DNA of 64,000 bases. It comes from the human T2T-CHM13v2.0 reference genome, Homo sapiens. The stretch is from NCBI RefSeq assembly GCF_009914755.1, contig NC_060947.1; one strand, given 5' to 3'. The position numbers were made by a program, and so were the translations under genes. Shown one piece after another: positions 43,727 to 63,220 of this stretch; the stretch's first letter is position 1, and the number at the start of each line of letters is the position of its first letter. The notes beneath the pieces are model-generated. The model was not told the DNA's origin and made no database searches. It saw nothing but the letters and a program-made list of their open reading frames with translations.

Positions 43727-44227
43727 TAGTCACTGCAGAGTTGTTTGTAAAGCTGAAAAAATAAACTGCTAGATGAACATTCTGTGTAGATGCTAAGAAT
43801 TGCTTGTAGGACAGACTATTTGGATCAACACTCTGAACCTGCAGTCTATTAAGGCAGTCACTTCCAACTAGCATCTGGTGATCTAAGGAAAACTTTCAGT
43901 CTCTGCCACTTTCTAAGAAGCTTCTATCTTCGAATTAGAGAAGACATTCAACTATACCATCTCTCACAAGCCTTCTTGGTCTATAGACATGCAATTAAAA
44001 TGGTTTCCAAGAATGTTAGTGCTCCAGTAATATGATGTGTTTCTAAAAGTCTTATTGAAGGGACGGTCTTCTAACCATTGCATTGGTTGAAACAATGGGT
44101 TGGAGGAGGACAAGTCACACATAATAAATACATCCCACCAATCTCTTAAAAAAACAGTATCCAAGGCCAGGCGCAGTGGCTCACGCCTGCAATCCCAGCA
44201 CTTTGGGAGGCCGAGGCAGGCAGATCA

Positions 44228-44521
<294 letters not shown>

Positions 44522-44588
44522 TTAAAAAAGATACTGCTCACTGCATCCATGAAGGAAAAGCAAGAAACAGAATGCTAAAGTCACATTA

Positions 44589-44880
<292 letters not shown>

Positions 44881-45632
44881 TCAAAAAAAAAACAAAAAAC
44901 AAAAACAACAAAAAAAACTTGTTGAAGTTGAAGAAATCTCCCAGAAAATAGACCAAAAAGATAGAAGTGGAAAATTGAAAAGATTATTAGTGTTCTACCA
45001 AATCTAAGAAAGAAAAAAAAAAAATTATTAGGCCAAGCAGTCAGTGGCTCACACCTGTAATCCCAACATTTTGGGAGGCCAAGGCAGGAGGATTGCTTGA
45101 GACCAGCCTGGGCAACATAGCAAGACCTCATCTCTATTTAAAAAAAATTAAAAATAAGTCTAAAACTGTAAAATAAATAAAGAAAGAAAAATTAGACAAC
45201 TGGTCCAGGAGATCCATATAACTGGAACTACAGAAAAAAAGATGGGAAAATTAAAGAGCAGGATATCATTAACTAAATAAATATAAAGAAAATTTCCCCA
45301 AACTGAAAGGGCCCCTTGAGTTTCCAGCACAGTGGATGAAAATAGGCCCACAGTAAGGCACATCACTGGGAAAAATCAGAATACTGAGGACAAAAGAAAA
45401 TCCTATAAGCATTAACTGAAAGGAAAAAAAAAAACCCACACATGTAAAGGTTCAGAAATTAGAATTACTTTAAACTTTTAACAGCAACACTGGAAGTCAG
45501 AAGACAATGGAGCAATACCTAAACACAGCTATTAATAAATTATCAAACAAATGTGAGGATAAAATGAAGAAATTTTCAGACATGCAAAGTCTCAAAAACT
45601 ATAGTTCCCATTCTCATTTTCTACGAAAGCTA

Positions 45633-45815
<183 letters not shown>

Positions 45816-46296
45816 TTAGCGGGCATGTGGCACACGCCTGTAATCCCAGCTACTTGGGAGGCTGAGGCAGGAGGATCCCTTGAGCCCAGGAGGCAGAGTT
45901 TGTAGTGAGTGAGATTGTACCACTGCACTCTAGCCTGGGCAACAGAGCAAGACTGTCTCAAAAAACAAACAAACAAACAAAAGACATAACATACAAGAAA
46001 CAACCCAAAACAAAAAGGGAATATCCAGAAGGTATTGAAGAGAGATCCCAGGGTGAGAGCCGTATACCAGGCCTAGAAAGCAAACAGGACAGATGACTCT
46101 GGGACCAAGTTTGCCCAGACGGTTAAACTGATGAACTATTTGATACATACGACAATGAAAGGTGATTTACACAACTAGTAGTTGTCTAAAGAAATAATAC
46201 TGGGCCAGGTGCGGTGGCTCACACCTGTAATCCCAGAACTTTGGGAGGCCGAGGCGGGCAGATCATGAGGTCAGGAGATCGAGATCATCCTGGCTA

Positions 46297-46801
<505 letters not shown>

Positions 46802-46804
46802 CTA

Positions 46805-47224
<420 letters not shown>

Positions 47225-48702
47225 TCAAGAAGTTCAGTGAACTCCAAGTAATCAATCTCAGTGAACTCCATATAATGAATGATCTAACACAATTATGAAA
47301 AAAGGGAAGTAACTACACTCAGACGATTGAGGGAGAGGGAAGAAAGCATTCAGGTATGTGAGATTTGGGGAAGTATAGGGAAAACAAAACAGGTCAATAA
47401 ATGACAGCTAAATTTTCCCATTCCATAATGGGAAGCCAATAGTTCACACCTAAAACTGAAAGATCAAGAAATGTCCAATTAACTTGTTTAGGGAAAAAGA
47501 GATTACTACCTTAAGAATCAGTTAAGAGTGCAAACTGGATGTCTCAAGGGATGGAAAAATGGGGGTAGTGAGAGAGGTGGAGGATTACTCTAATCTGTAA
47601 CAAGCCTTGCACAAGTACTTGGCCCTTTGAATTATAAGGATGTATAACTCCAAAAAATTAAAACGAAGAGACTGTGTACTTTAAGATGGCAGTGTAATAA
47701 ATATCTATTGGAAAACACTTGATATTGTTACTAGAAAAGCTTTAAGTTCTAAATAAACTAATATTTACCTTTAAATATAAGAAAGGTCATAAAAATATGA
47801 AAGTGGGCCTAAAGAATATTAGGCAATTAGCCTAAAAGCCATTTGTTACTTTATTTCCCCTTTCACTTTCCTTCTACTGAGTTTTCAAGGTTAGTCGTAT
47901 TTGTGGGAAAAACTGGTTTGATGCAGATAGGTCCTATGTTGCTCTGCCTTAAAAACTTCAAAGACTACGTGTACTAAATGCGGAAAAGTGGGAGGTGGCA
48001 ATGACAAAATGTGGATTTGAATGGTGCATATTGAGTGAACTGAAATGGACTTCTGAAAAACTGACATGCAGAGTGGATTAAAATATACACTTCTCTCCAT
48101 TCTGTGAACATTTTAGGAAACTCTGCTTCAGTCCAGTACCCTTTTACACTAACAGAAATGACAACTGAGTCTTCAAAATAGCTATGGAATAAAATATGCT
48201 CTTGATTCCATATAAAACCAAGTCAAAATCAGCTTAAGTAAAATTATCATCTGTACTAATGCTGGCATATTCATCCAAAGAACTAAATTTAGGTATTAAT
48301 CATTTTTTTTACCTCTTACCACAAGTAATAAGCAATTATTCGTAATAATGTCACCAAAAGAAAGAAAACATATATATTTTTAAAAGGCTGTTTAGTGAAC
48401 AACTCAAAATCTGTGCTTCATACATACAAATCTAGTCCCCTTGTACTACAACTACACTAGTTATTACATGATCGATGGCTTAGGTGCTGAATTCAGATTC
48501 TGGTGGCTATGAACATCAATCATTTTTAAAATCTAGTACAAGTGACAGTTCTCTGTATCTTTAAAAGTGCTGCTCACATTCATTCGTAGAGATTTTCAAT
48601 TTTTGGATTTACTATATTTGATCTTCAAGGAATGATATTTTTGAAAAAATACATGCCAAACAGACATGAATGCCAGATGATGCCCTGATAAACATCCTCT
48701 AA

Positions 48703-49098
<396 letters not shown>

Positions 49099-49283
49099 TA
49101 ATGGCTGTCTTTTTAATAGCTGGGATCAAACTATGCTTAATAACTCAGAAGTATTTAAATTGTTATCTTTCAAGACAAAAGTCAGCTTCCAAAACTCATT
49201 GTAGCTCTTCCATAAACTGATGCCTAAAAGAAAAATTCCACCTTCTATGAAAGCAAAGGCAAGTGCTTAAAGCTCTGACATAC

Positions 49284-49359
49284 CTGAAGAAGAAGAAAGC
49301 CACCACCTACTGCAGTTGCTGCAAGTTTTCCAACTTTCTGGAACAGAAATCCTGCACAC
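49284..49359 (-). CDS. FUNDC1: FUNDC1 coding exon 3 ([25 protein letters not shown])
   Basis: Acceptor tttgattaaag|GTG; donor CAG|gtatgt; 76 nt; completes codon W62 and ends in phase 0. Confidence 0.96.
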
Positions 49360-50106
49360 CTTTAATCAAATAACAAAAGATGAAAACAATCAATTATGTA
49401 CTAAACCCTCTCCCTCTTCTACTTTTCATTGCTTTCCTAATAAAATCTTATGTCTTTGCATTTCTTTTGATCACATCCCTTACCTGCTCAGAAACCTTCT
49501 CAGAAACCCCTCAGTTATACAGGCTAGTCAAAAATGCACAATCTAAAATGTCTGAAATTTGCTTCAAAATAAGGGACGGAGAGAAGAGGAGGAGAATTTA
49601 TAGAAAAAAAAGAGCAGCTACTAAAATAACGACAAGTACTCAGGGGTTCATTATATTCCTCCTACATTTGTATAAGCTGAAACCTCCCGTAATAAAAGTG
49701 ATGTTTTGCTTAATACAGTCAAGATGGTCCATACACCTGGTTGACCCCCACCTTCGGCTCCAACCCCATTAACCTCCAAATAGGTCATCACCTTTGCTCA
49801 AGCTATTAATCTCCCTGCTTCTAGGGGTTTCTTCCTAGCTCTACCTATCTAAAGCTTTCCTACCATTCCTACCCTTTCAGGTCCAGCTGTTGTTCCACTC
49901 AATAACTATACTTCAGCCCACATTTCTAAAGGCCTCCTTATCTATATCTACCTATTTTTATATTAAATGTTTTTTGTGTCTCATCTACCCTGTGTCAGCT
50001 CATACTTCTTTTGTCATTAATTCGCTCCTTCAGTGAGCTCACATTCCCTTCAGCATTCCAGATCCACACTGTGCAAATGAATCCTATATTTCTAACTCTA
50101 GCCTTC

Positions 50107-50820
<714 letters not shown>

Positions 50821-51222
50821 TGACTGTCTTCTCCTTTCCACTCTCAAGGTCATCATTACCTTGCTTCCAGAACACTTTAAGGGCCCTCTAACTGGTCTCA
50901 ACACCTCCCATCTCTCCTAGCAAGGACCCATCCTAATAGTTTTAATTTTTTGTCATGATCAAAAGCCTACAGCTACCTACAGCAAAATAAAATCTCCTCA
51001 GCCTCCTATACATGTCTTGAATTGGTCTAAATTGCTAACTTGTTAGGTTAGTGCCTATTAACTGTTCCTCCTTAATATACACCATAATATCACATCAGTT
51101 TTACATCCTAAGAAAATTGCAAAAATTTACTACACTGAATATAGTCATTGCAACAAATCGCCTGTATAATTATTAGAGTTGTATTATACAGCTCCTGGAC
51201 CAACACCTGGCTGTAATCCAAA

Positions 51223-51231
51223 TGTGTGTGT

Positions 51232-51264
<33 letters not shown>

Positions 51265-51278
51265 ATATATACATATAT
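51223..51278. repeat. (TG)n/(TA)n microsatellite in intron 2
   Basis: Direct reading. Confidence 0.9.
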
Positions 51279-52761
51279 GTCAGCAACAAAGGCTCAGAAA
51301 AGGGAACAGAAAAGGCAGGCAGCAGCCACAATGTCCCTTGGACTGTGTTCCACAAGCATGTGTATCCATTGCTTGATGGCATCAGTCACTAAAATGAACC
51401 TATCTCCTGCTGCTCTGTCTCTAGGCTTTCCGAGCAAACTTCTGCCAATGATGGGGCTTCATCTACAAGGAGTCTGGTCTCCAAGGAGAAACAATGAAAT
51501 GACTTGATAATTCTATTCTCAATTATTTTTGAGTCTGTTTTAAGACTGGGCTTTAGGCCCTGACTGACATTAACCAATCACCCATGGAACCAAATTGTGA
51601 GCTTATTTAAGCAGAGCCATACCCTGAATTACAGGGCTAGAGGAACTATCAGCCTGTGGAGAATTATCTGAATGACCAGGCCCTGACAGGCATCTCTCTT
51701 CTAATTGCAGGCTTTTTTCCTGCAGCAGCACTAGTAAGTACATATCATGAATAAATGCCGCACCTCTGCACCACAGAATCTTCACAATGAGTACTTCTAT
51801 CATAAAATGGCATTTGCAAAAAAAAAGGCATAGAAGAGTGGGTCATTATTCCAAGGTGCATGTAAAACACAAATCAAAAAACTCATCGTTATACTTATCA
51901 AGTGGAAACAGGTAAATATTTCAATTAAATCTATGTAAGATGAATTTAAATAAGAATCTAAGAAAAAACGCTTATGCACAAGTTAAGTACCCTCACTAAC
52001 TCCAAAATTTCTCTACAGTCACGAACATTTTCAAAACAGTCAAATTTGTTTCTGCCCCTTGTTATCTGGCTAGTTTTTTTATTATAAGAACAGAATTAGA
52101 TCCACAGTAGCCATTGTGTTATCACGTGGTCTGAAATGTTAACTGGTCAGGCTGATGGTTATTAACTACTTCTTAATGGACTCCACAATATTATCAAGTA
52201 AGCAATCAGACCTTTAAACACAGAATTAACGTTCTACAGCTCTTTTTCAAAGAGTTATCATAATCTGAACGAGCCCACAAAAAACAGAATCATCTGTATC
52301 ATCACCAATAATTCATACTGAGCATTTTACACTGCTCTGTACAGGGCTGACAATACTAGAGGCCAGTTCTACCGTGGGAGTTTCTTAGGTTTTTTCAGCA
52401 GTTAGCACTGAATGAAATGTAAAAATTTACATATAATTAACTCATATATTTCTTCCTATCTACTATCACTGAATCAGATCCACGACATTTGCTGAACATG
52501 AGAATGGGGAAATTATATAAAGAATCAAAAGAAGGATGAGGAGGGAGGAGAGGAACAGTGGTGGGCATGGGGGAGGGGATCGCCAAAACTCAACAGGGAG
52601 CCTGGGAATGTAGATTACATCAATTTTAACTCAGAGAAAAGCCTCTTCTGGAATTAACAGTGTAGACCTACTGCCTGTGCACGGTGATTCTTGCCCATGT
52701 ATGAAAGGACAGCAGTGTCAGGCCCCCAAATGAAATTTAATGAAAAAGACGTTGTTCTCAC

Positions 52762-52918
52762 CAGCCAGTAACGCCACCCATTACAATCTGGGTAGCTACT
52801 GAGTATTTTTCTACCATAGGTCCCGAACTGTGGCCAAACACTCGATTCCACCACTGGTGTCTTCTTGCATACTCAGTTAAATCCAACACTTCATAAGAGT
52901 CGTCATCACTTTCATAGT
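52762..52918 (-). CDS. FUNDC1: FUNDC1 coding exon 2 ([53 protein letters not shown]), contains the LIR motif Y18-E-V-L21
   Basis: Visible inside ORF 52758..52958; acceptor ttttgaag|ACT; donor CTG|gtgaga; 157 nt, phases match exons 1 and 3. Confidence 0.97.
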
Positions 52919-53621
52919 CTTCAAAATAGCAAAATGCAAAAAATAAATGTAGAGTCAATCAAAAGTCAGAAATGTTCTATACATCTTTTTAAAAATCTGT
53001 TACAACTCATTAGTTCTGGCCTACAGCTAAAAATGCCCACATAGAAACTACTGACTTTATTTAACTCAATTCTTGAGACCAGGGCCTCAAGAGTAAAGGA
53101 CCCTGCAACAATGACCCCCATCTGCTTTCCCAAAGGCCCGGGGACCAGCCTGGGGTCACGAAGCCAGGGCCAACTCAGAATGACACAGTAGTGAGGGGTC
53201 ACCCCCACCTCCAAACCTTAGTAGGGTCAAGGTCAGAGCAGGGTCCATTTTCATCAGTGGGAGGAATGGGGGTGGGGAGGGGTCCTCCTGAGAGAACTAG
53301 TCTGGAGCTCAGCGAAATCACTTGAGTCCAGACGTTTAAAAAAAGAAAATAATACATTTGAAGATGGGAGATGAAGGGCCGGAGGTGAAGGTAAGGCAGG
53401 AGGCAGGTAGGGCTGTGCTGGGGGTGGGGGTGGCTCTCCGCTTGAGTTCCGCAGAGAGGGGAGGAAAAAGTCTAGCTCGGAGGGGGTGCTCGAAGGGGCT
53501 GCCTTAAAAAAAAAATGGAGCTCGAAGAATCCTAGGGCAGGGGAAGGAAGAGGTGCCATAGGAGCAAGGTCGAGAGCTGTGAGCCGCGTCCCAGATACCA
53601 CTTCGGGCCCTGGCCGCTCAC

Positions 53622-53649
53622 CTTGGGGAGGGGGGTTCCGGGTCGCCAT
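53622..53649 (-). CDS. FUNDC1: FUNDC1 coding exon 1 (MATRNPPPQ + first nt of D10)
   Basis: ATG at 53649 in context ggtATCATGG; reads MATRNPPPQ; donor AAG|gtgagc at 53621; lies in the CpG island; 28 nt. Confidence 0.97.
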
Positions 53650-53824
53650 GATACCGCCAGCGGCCAATTCTGGAGTGGTCCCCACCCGCCCTCCTCTCCC
53701 TGGCACTTTAAGGGCCGCTCTAGGCCAGGATGGAAGTCTATGGTCTCTTTTTTCCTCCTTCTCCTACTCCAGGCGCGTAGTCCTGTCTCCGCCCCCTTCT
53801 CTCAGCGCAGGACCTTCTGCCTTC

Positions 53825-53836
53825 TGCGCAGGCGCG
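53825..53836. promoter_or_regulatory. NRF1-type site TGCGCAGGCGCG
   Basis: 11/12 match to YGCGCAYGCGCR, ~180 bp upstream of the ATG. Confidence 0.7.
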
Positions 53837-53889
53837 AAACTCCGGAATGTGGGGAGGGCCGGGCGGATCATAGCCCCGCGAGAGCGTAG

Positions 53890-53903
53890 GGGACTTGTAG
53901 TCC
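53890..53903 (-). promoter_or_regulatory. ZNF143/THAP11-associated motif GGACTACAAGTCCC
   Basis: Matches ACTACAnnTCCC; related GGACTACGCGCC at 53772-53783. Confidence 0.65.
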
Positions 53904-54056
53904 GTTGCCTTCCGCAACTAGGAAGGGGGAGGGACCGCCCCTCCTAGAATTTCCGTAACTTGAATTTGATTATTTTGTTTTAAAAGAGCCTTAAGGGCTG
54001 AAGGAATGGGGTGAAGGGCGCCACATGGTGGTACAAAGGGAGAACCAGCTGGGTAT

Positions 54057-54821
<765 letters not shown>

Positions 54822-55111
54822 GGCCCATCACTTGCATACTGTCAGAATAATTTTTTAACAGTATTTTGAACATTACCAGAATTCAAATGCTTGAGGAAAA
54901 AGGCTTGTAAAAGATAAGAGAAACCCTGTTTCAAGCCATACTTTTCTAAGGGCGCAAGCGCTCACAAAGGGACCACAAGTTTTCTAATGCCCTGCTGCTA
55001 GAAGTTGGAATCTGTTTACCTGCTCTCTCTCTTGAGTTCCTGCCAGGAATCCAAAGGAGGTAAAGAAAGGCCTAGAAACCTCGTAATTCCTGACCTGGCA
55101 AGAGGACATAA

Positions 55112-55297
<186 letters not shown>

Positions 55298-55778
55298 TAA
55301 TTTTTGTATTTTTAGTAGAGAGGGGGTTTCACCATGTTGCCCAGGCTGGTCTCGAACTCCTGATCTCAGTGATCCACCCACCTGGGCCTCCCAAAGTGCT
55401 GGGATCACAGGGGTGAGCCACCGTACCCGGCCAGCATCATTCTTATTATTTAAATCTGACAGAGGAACAAGGTCAAGGTCTTCACCCAGAAACCCCATGG
55501 GATTCTATGAATACAAAGCCATATTGATCACCAAGCAGCTAACCCAAGTCCACATAAACCAACCCAGAAACTTGTCTTGAACTTGCGTTGCACCCGCATC
55601 TGCTGTACAATTAAACAAAAGTCCTCTCAGTATTCATTTTAATGGAAAAACAAGGAATTCTGGCATAAATTGCATTACTTTAAAAATTGGCTTGCATAGA
55701 TGCACTTGGCTTTTCAAATCCTGGCACTTTATTATTTCTTTTTACAATATGCCCATTTATTAATATTCTTATTTATTA

Positions 55779-55822
55779 ATTACTTTTAATAGCAAACCAC
55801 AATTACTTTTGCACCAACTTAA
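55779..55822. mobile_element. MADE1 (mariner-derived MITE), one half
   Basis: attacttttaatagcaaaccacaattacttttgcaccaacttaa matches one MADE1 arm. Confidence 0.8.
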
Positions 55823-56176
55823 CACATAGCTTGCAAGTTTATGTTTTGTCATTTGTTGACTGGGAAAGGAATTTTCCTAAGCATGTAAAATCCCTATAAA
55901 TTGAATGGCTTACCTTCATTATCATTTGTATTATGATACTAATTTCTAGTAACTATTGAGTAACTTGTCTCCCTTTATTTCTTACCATATCTCTGCAACT
56001 AATTAGCCTGTTAGCTTCAATTATGTTTTATTTTAATTTAAAACTGATTGGAAAATCAAATTCTCTTTTGCTACGACCCAGTATAATTTCACTGTGTAGA
56101 GATAGCAAAAGCATGTGGACAATCCTGGCAATCACTTTATTTAAATTAATGTTCATGGAGGTGGTTTGCAAGGTTG

Positions 56177-56765
56177 TGTTTGAAATGCTTGTTCTCCGGT
56201 GCCATAAAGAAATAGCACTTGAACATAAATTTAATTTATTTAGTAAGGCCATTTTTACTTTTTGCAGAAAGGGAACACTCGCTAGCAGTTTTGCCACAAG
56301 AGTACACTGAACAAAGGACACAGGGTCATTTATAACCTGACGCGTCTACCTTACTGCTGTGTCCGGTTTCCACTGGCTGGAACGGGACCTCACATTCTGT
56401 ATTTGTCTTGATTGGCTAGCAACTTGGAAGTTTTTAAAAGAGGCAAAGGTAGAGGAGAACAAAGGAAAGAGGAAGTAACTTGTGGAATGCTGAGAAAGAT
56501 AAAAACACTTTTAAATAAGGAAGAGGAACAAGCTATGACCTAATGCTTGCTTGGACCAGTATAAGCATGCCAGGGCAAATATTGAGGCTAAATTGTAGGA
56601 GATAAGAAGATAAAATACATTGATTCCTTTATTATGGCTAGCAGATATTTAAGAATGTTAGCACAGGTCTTTGAATAAATTTTGCTTTTAAAAGAAGTTA
56701 CCATTTATTCCTAATTAGACCGGGAGGAACGTCTTTGAAGAGGAACCTCTATTTTACTTTTTACA
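56177..56765 (-). mobile_element. LTR10-family (HERV-I) solo LTR
   Basis: TG...CA termini; perfect TSD gttg; minus strand begins tgtaaaaagtaaaatagaggttcctcttcaaagac. Confidence 0.82.
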
Positions 56766-56910
56766 GTTGAGGGAAGAGGATGGAGGAGAGGACCACAAAC
56801 TGTCTAAACACATAGCCAAAAAAGAACACAATTAAGATGAGAGATTGGGCTGGGCACCGTGGCTCACTCCTGTAATCCCAGCACTTTGGGAGGCCGAGGC
56901 AGGTGGATCA

Positions 56911-57518
<608 letters not shown>

Positions 57519-57912
57519 TTAATAGGGTGGTCTAATGAATACAGACACACTGAAATAATGTGTTCATTCTTAGGCAATTAAGTTCATTGTGTTGCTGATC
57601 CCAAGAAACAACATTTTATCCAGACATAGTGACTAATGACTATATAAAATTTTTAAAACATTAGTGTAACCAAACCTATACTCACCCTGTGCCTCTTCAA
57701 ACTCACACCTAAATTGAGAATGGGACCAAGGAATATGCCTTATTCAAGATTTTAAATCAGACCTTGAAAGTGATTAAAGTGATTATTTCAGGACGTTGGT
57801 GAAAAATTGTTAAATTGACTATATAGTTCTATAAGATTTACTCTCAATTCGCTAAATAGAAATCATAGGTCTATTTTGAAAGTTAAGTGAGGACTTACTG
57901 CATATTTATGTT

Positions 57913-58935
<1,023 letters not shown>

Positions 58936-59985
58936 TGTGTGACACGGATTTTTTAAAGTATGAATCAGCAGCTGGGTGTGGTGGCTCAGGCCTGTAATCC
59001 CACTTTGGGAGGCTGAGACAGGAGGATCACTTAAGCCCAGGACTTTGAGACCAGCCTGGGCAACATAGGGAGACCCCCGTTTCTACAAAACAAAAAAAAA
59101 AAAATTGGCTGGGCACAGTGGCTCATGCCTGTACTGCCAGCACTTTGGGAGGCCGAGGTGGGCAGATAACCTGAGATCAGGAGTTCGAAATGGGCCTGGC
59201 CAACGTGGTGAAACCCGGTCTCTACTAAAAATTAAAAAATTAGACAGACACGGTGGCACACACCTGTAGTCACAGCTACTCAGGAGGCTGAGGCTGGATA
59301 ATCTCTTGAGCCCAGGAGGGCAGAGGTTGCAGTGAGCCGAGATCATGCCACTGCATTCCAGCCTGGGAGACAGAGCGAGACTCCATCTCAAAAATAAAAT
59401 ATAAAAAATTAGCCAGACATGGTGTCGCACACTTGTGGTCCCAGCTACTCGGGAAGCTGAGGTGGGAGGATTGCTTAAACCTAGGAGGTTGACGCTACAG
59501 AGAGACCCTGTCTCAAAAAAAAAAAAAAAAAAAAAAAAGATGTGAATCAAGGAAATAACCATTAAGGCAAATATGATTTAAGAAAATCCTGGCACTTTAG
59601 ATACAAGGGTTGGTTCCCCAAAGTTCCTCAGCCTGTAGCCCTCAACATGCAATTCTAAGACTGGCTAGAGAAGTTAATGTTTATTTAAAAGACAGTTACT
59701 TTGTGTATGACTCCACTTTTCAAAAACAAAACGACATTACGGGACATAGCTTCAAGTCTCCTCTCTGAAATATTTTTCCAAAAATTACAGATTTGAATTC
59801 GTACACTCCTTCTTTCCCGTTGCCAACCCATTCTTAATGAGGTGCTAACAAATAGAGAAGTAGCAAATGATGGGCCACTGAAAGAAGAGAAAGGGAAAAA
59901 AAAACAAGAGAAAGGAAAACAATAAATTGGAAGAGTAAAATGGAGGGTTGACAGGGCCAATGACATCCAAATAACACTGACATAT

Positions 59986-61318
<1,333 letters not shown>

Positions 61319-61446
61319 ATATTTCTAGCAATATCTGCCAACTACAGAAAGAAGTCACTTACCTATCAAGTATATGGTAGTTAGAATCAAATGGCTATGG
61401 AGAAATGAGGAAGAGAATTTTTTAAGAAATATTCCTCTTAAAATGC

Positions 61447-62510
61447 TGTTAAATAAAATGTATATGCCGGTGCAGTGGCTCACGCCTGCAATCCTAGCAC
61501 TTTGGGAGGCCAGGGTGGAGGGATTGCTTGAGTTGAGGAATTCTAAACCAGCCTGGGCAATACAGTGAGACCCCATTTCTACAAAAAATAAAAATATTAG
61601 GCGGGCATGGTGGCACGTGCCTGTAGTCCCAGCTACACGAGGAGGCTGAGGTGGAGGATCACTTGAGCCCAGGAGGTTGAGGCTGCAGTGATATCTGATT
61701 GTGCCACTGCACTTTAGCCTGGGTGACAGAGAGAGAACTTGTCTTAAAAAATAATAATAAATAAATATAAATGAAAATAGAATAAAATTTATAGGAGGCC
61801 TTTGGTTTGGACTGAACTCCCGCACTAGGACCAACAGACCAAAGCAAAATAAAGTCACTCATGTGGAAGTTCCATACCACCAAAAAGCCAAGAAATCTTT
61901 TGACCTTCCAAGAAATCAGGAGAGAGATAATAGCCAAATCCCCAAATAGTCCCCTTTGCTTTAACCTTTACAAGGAAAGTAACTTTCTTTTTCTTTTCTT
62001 TTTTTTTTTTTTTTTTGAGACAGTCTTTCTCTGTTGCCCAGGCTGTAGTGAGGTGGTGCGATCTCGGCTCACTGCGACCTCCACCTCCTGAGTTCAAGCA
62101 ATTCTCCTGTCTCAGCCTCCTGAGTAGGTGGGATTACAGGCATGCACCACCATGCCTGGCTAATTTTTGTATTTTTAGTAGAGACGGGGTTTTGCCATGT
62201 TGGCCGGGCTGGTCTTGAACTCCTGACCTCATGTGATCCGCCCGCCTCAGCCTCCCAAAGTGCTGGGATTACAGGCATGAGCCACCGCGCCTGGACTGGA
62301 AAGTAACTTTCAAACAACCAATCTGCTTTCTGTTCCCTGTATCTGCTTTCCTCAGCCAGGTTCTGTCTATAATAAAGCCAACCTCCTCTGCTCAGCCCAT
62401 CAGAACACTGATTTTACTTTATAGAATGAGATGTTGCCTGATTCTAGAATCACAAATTAGAGCCAATTATGATCTTTAAACTAAATCTGTTGCAATTTTG
62501 TTTTTTGACA
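61447..62510 (+). mobile_element. ERV1 solo LTR (LTR54/MER57-like) interrupted by two Alus
   Basis: Termini tgttaaataaaat...ttttgaca; perfect TSD atgc; AATAAA at ~62371. Confidence 0.72.
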
Positions 62511-62905
62511 ATGCCAAAGAATAGATCGTTTTGCCTAAAATGTATCCAGAATGTATCCACAAATGAATTAAAAAGCAATCATTTCTCTAAAGTCTTTGAG
62601 GGCTGAGAAAGAAGTTTTTAGCATTTTTCCCTTCCATCTTGGGATAATATGCCCTTGTCATTACCTTACAGAAGTTGGCTGTATAATGTATTTTTCTAGT
62701 GTGGATTTTTTCTTTACCAGTAGTGAAAAAGCTGTCATTTTGTTGGCTGAGTGACGAGTGGTTTAATGCGTTAATTTTATACACAAACTTTACAAAGCAC
62801 TATAACCCTCAGGATGTGTTCAAAAGAGTGTTTTTTATTATTATTATTCCCATTTTAAATAGTGTATTTTTTTTTTCAGTCAGCATTAATACTTTTTTTT
62901 TTTGA

Positions 62906-63220
<315 letters not shown>

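Larger units (their letters stand above)
53480..53960 (-). promoter_or_regulatory. CpG island promoter / 5' UTR of FUNDC1
   Basis: Only extended non-Alu CpG-dense region; GC boxes near 53686 and 53788; ETS-like cttccg near 53909; TATA-like TTAAA at ~53707-53711 on the minus strand; surrounds exon 1. Confidence 0.9.

Noticed and set aside
52123-52128. E-box/HRE-like CACGTG in intron 2
   Set aside because: Single hexamer outside the CpG island with no supporting context
52758-52958. 66-aa ORF as a stand-alone gene
   Set aside because: It is FUNDC1 exon 2 plus intronic flank
53486-53947. 153-aa + strand ORF across the promoter
   Set aside because: Low-complexity, GC-rich antisense frame with a non-ATG start and no recognisable domain
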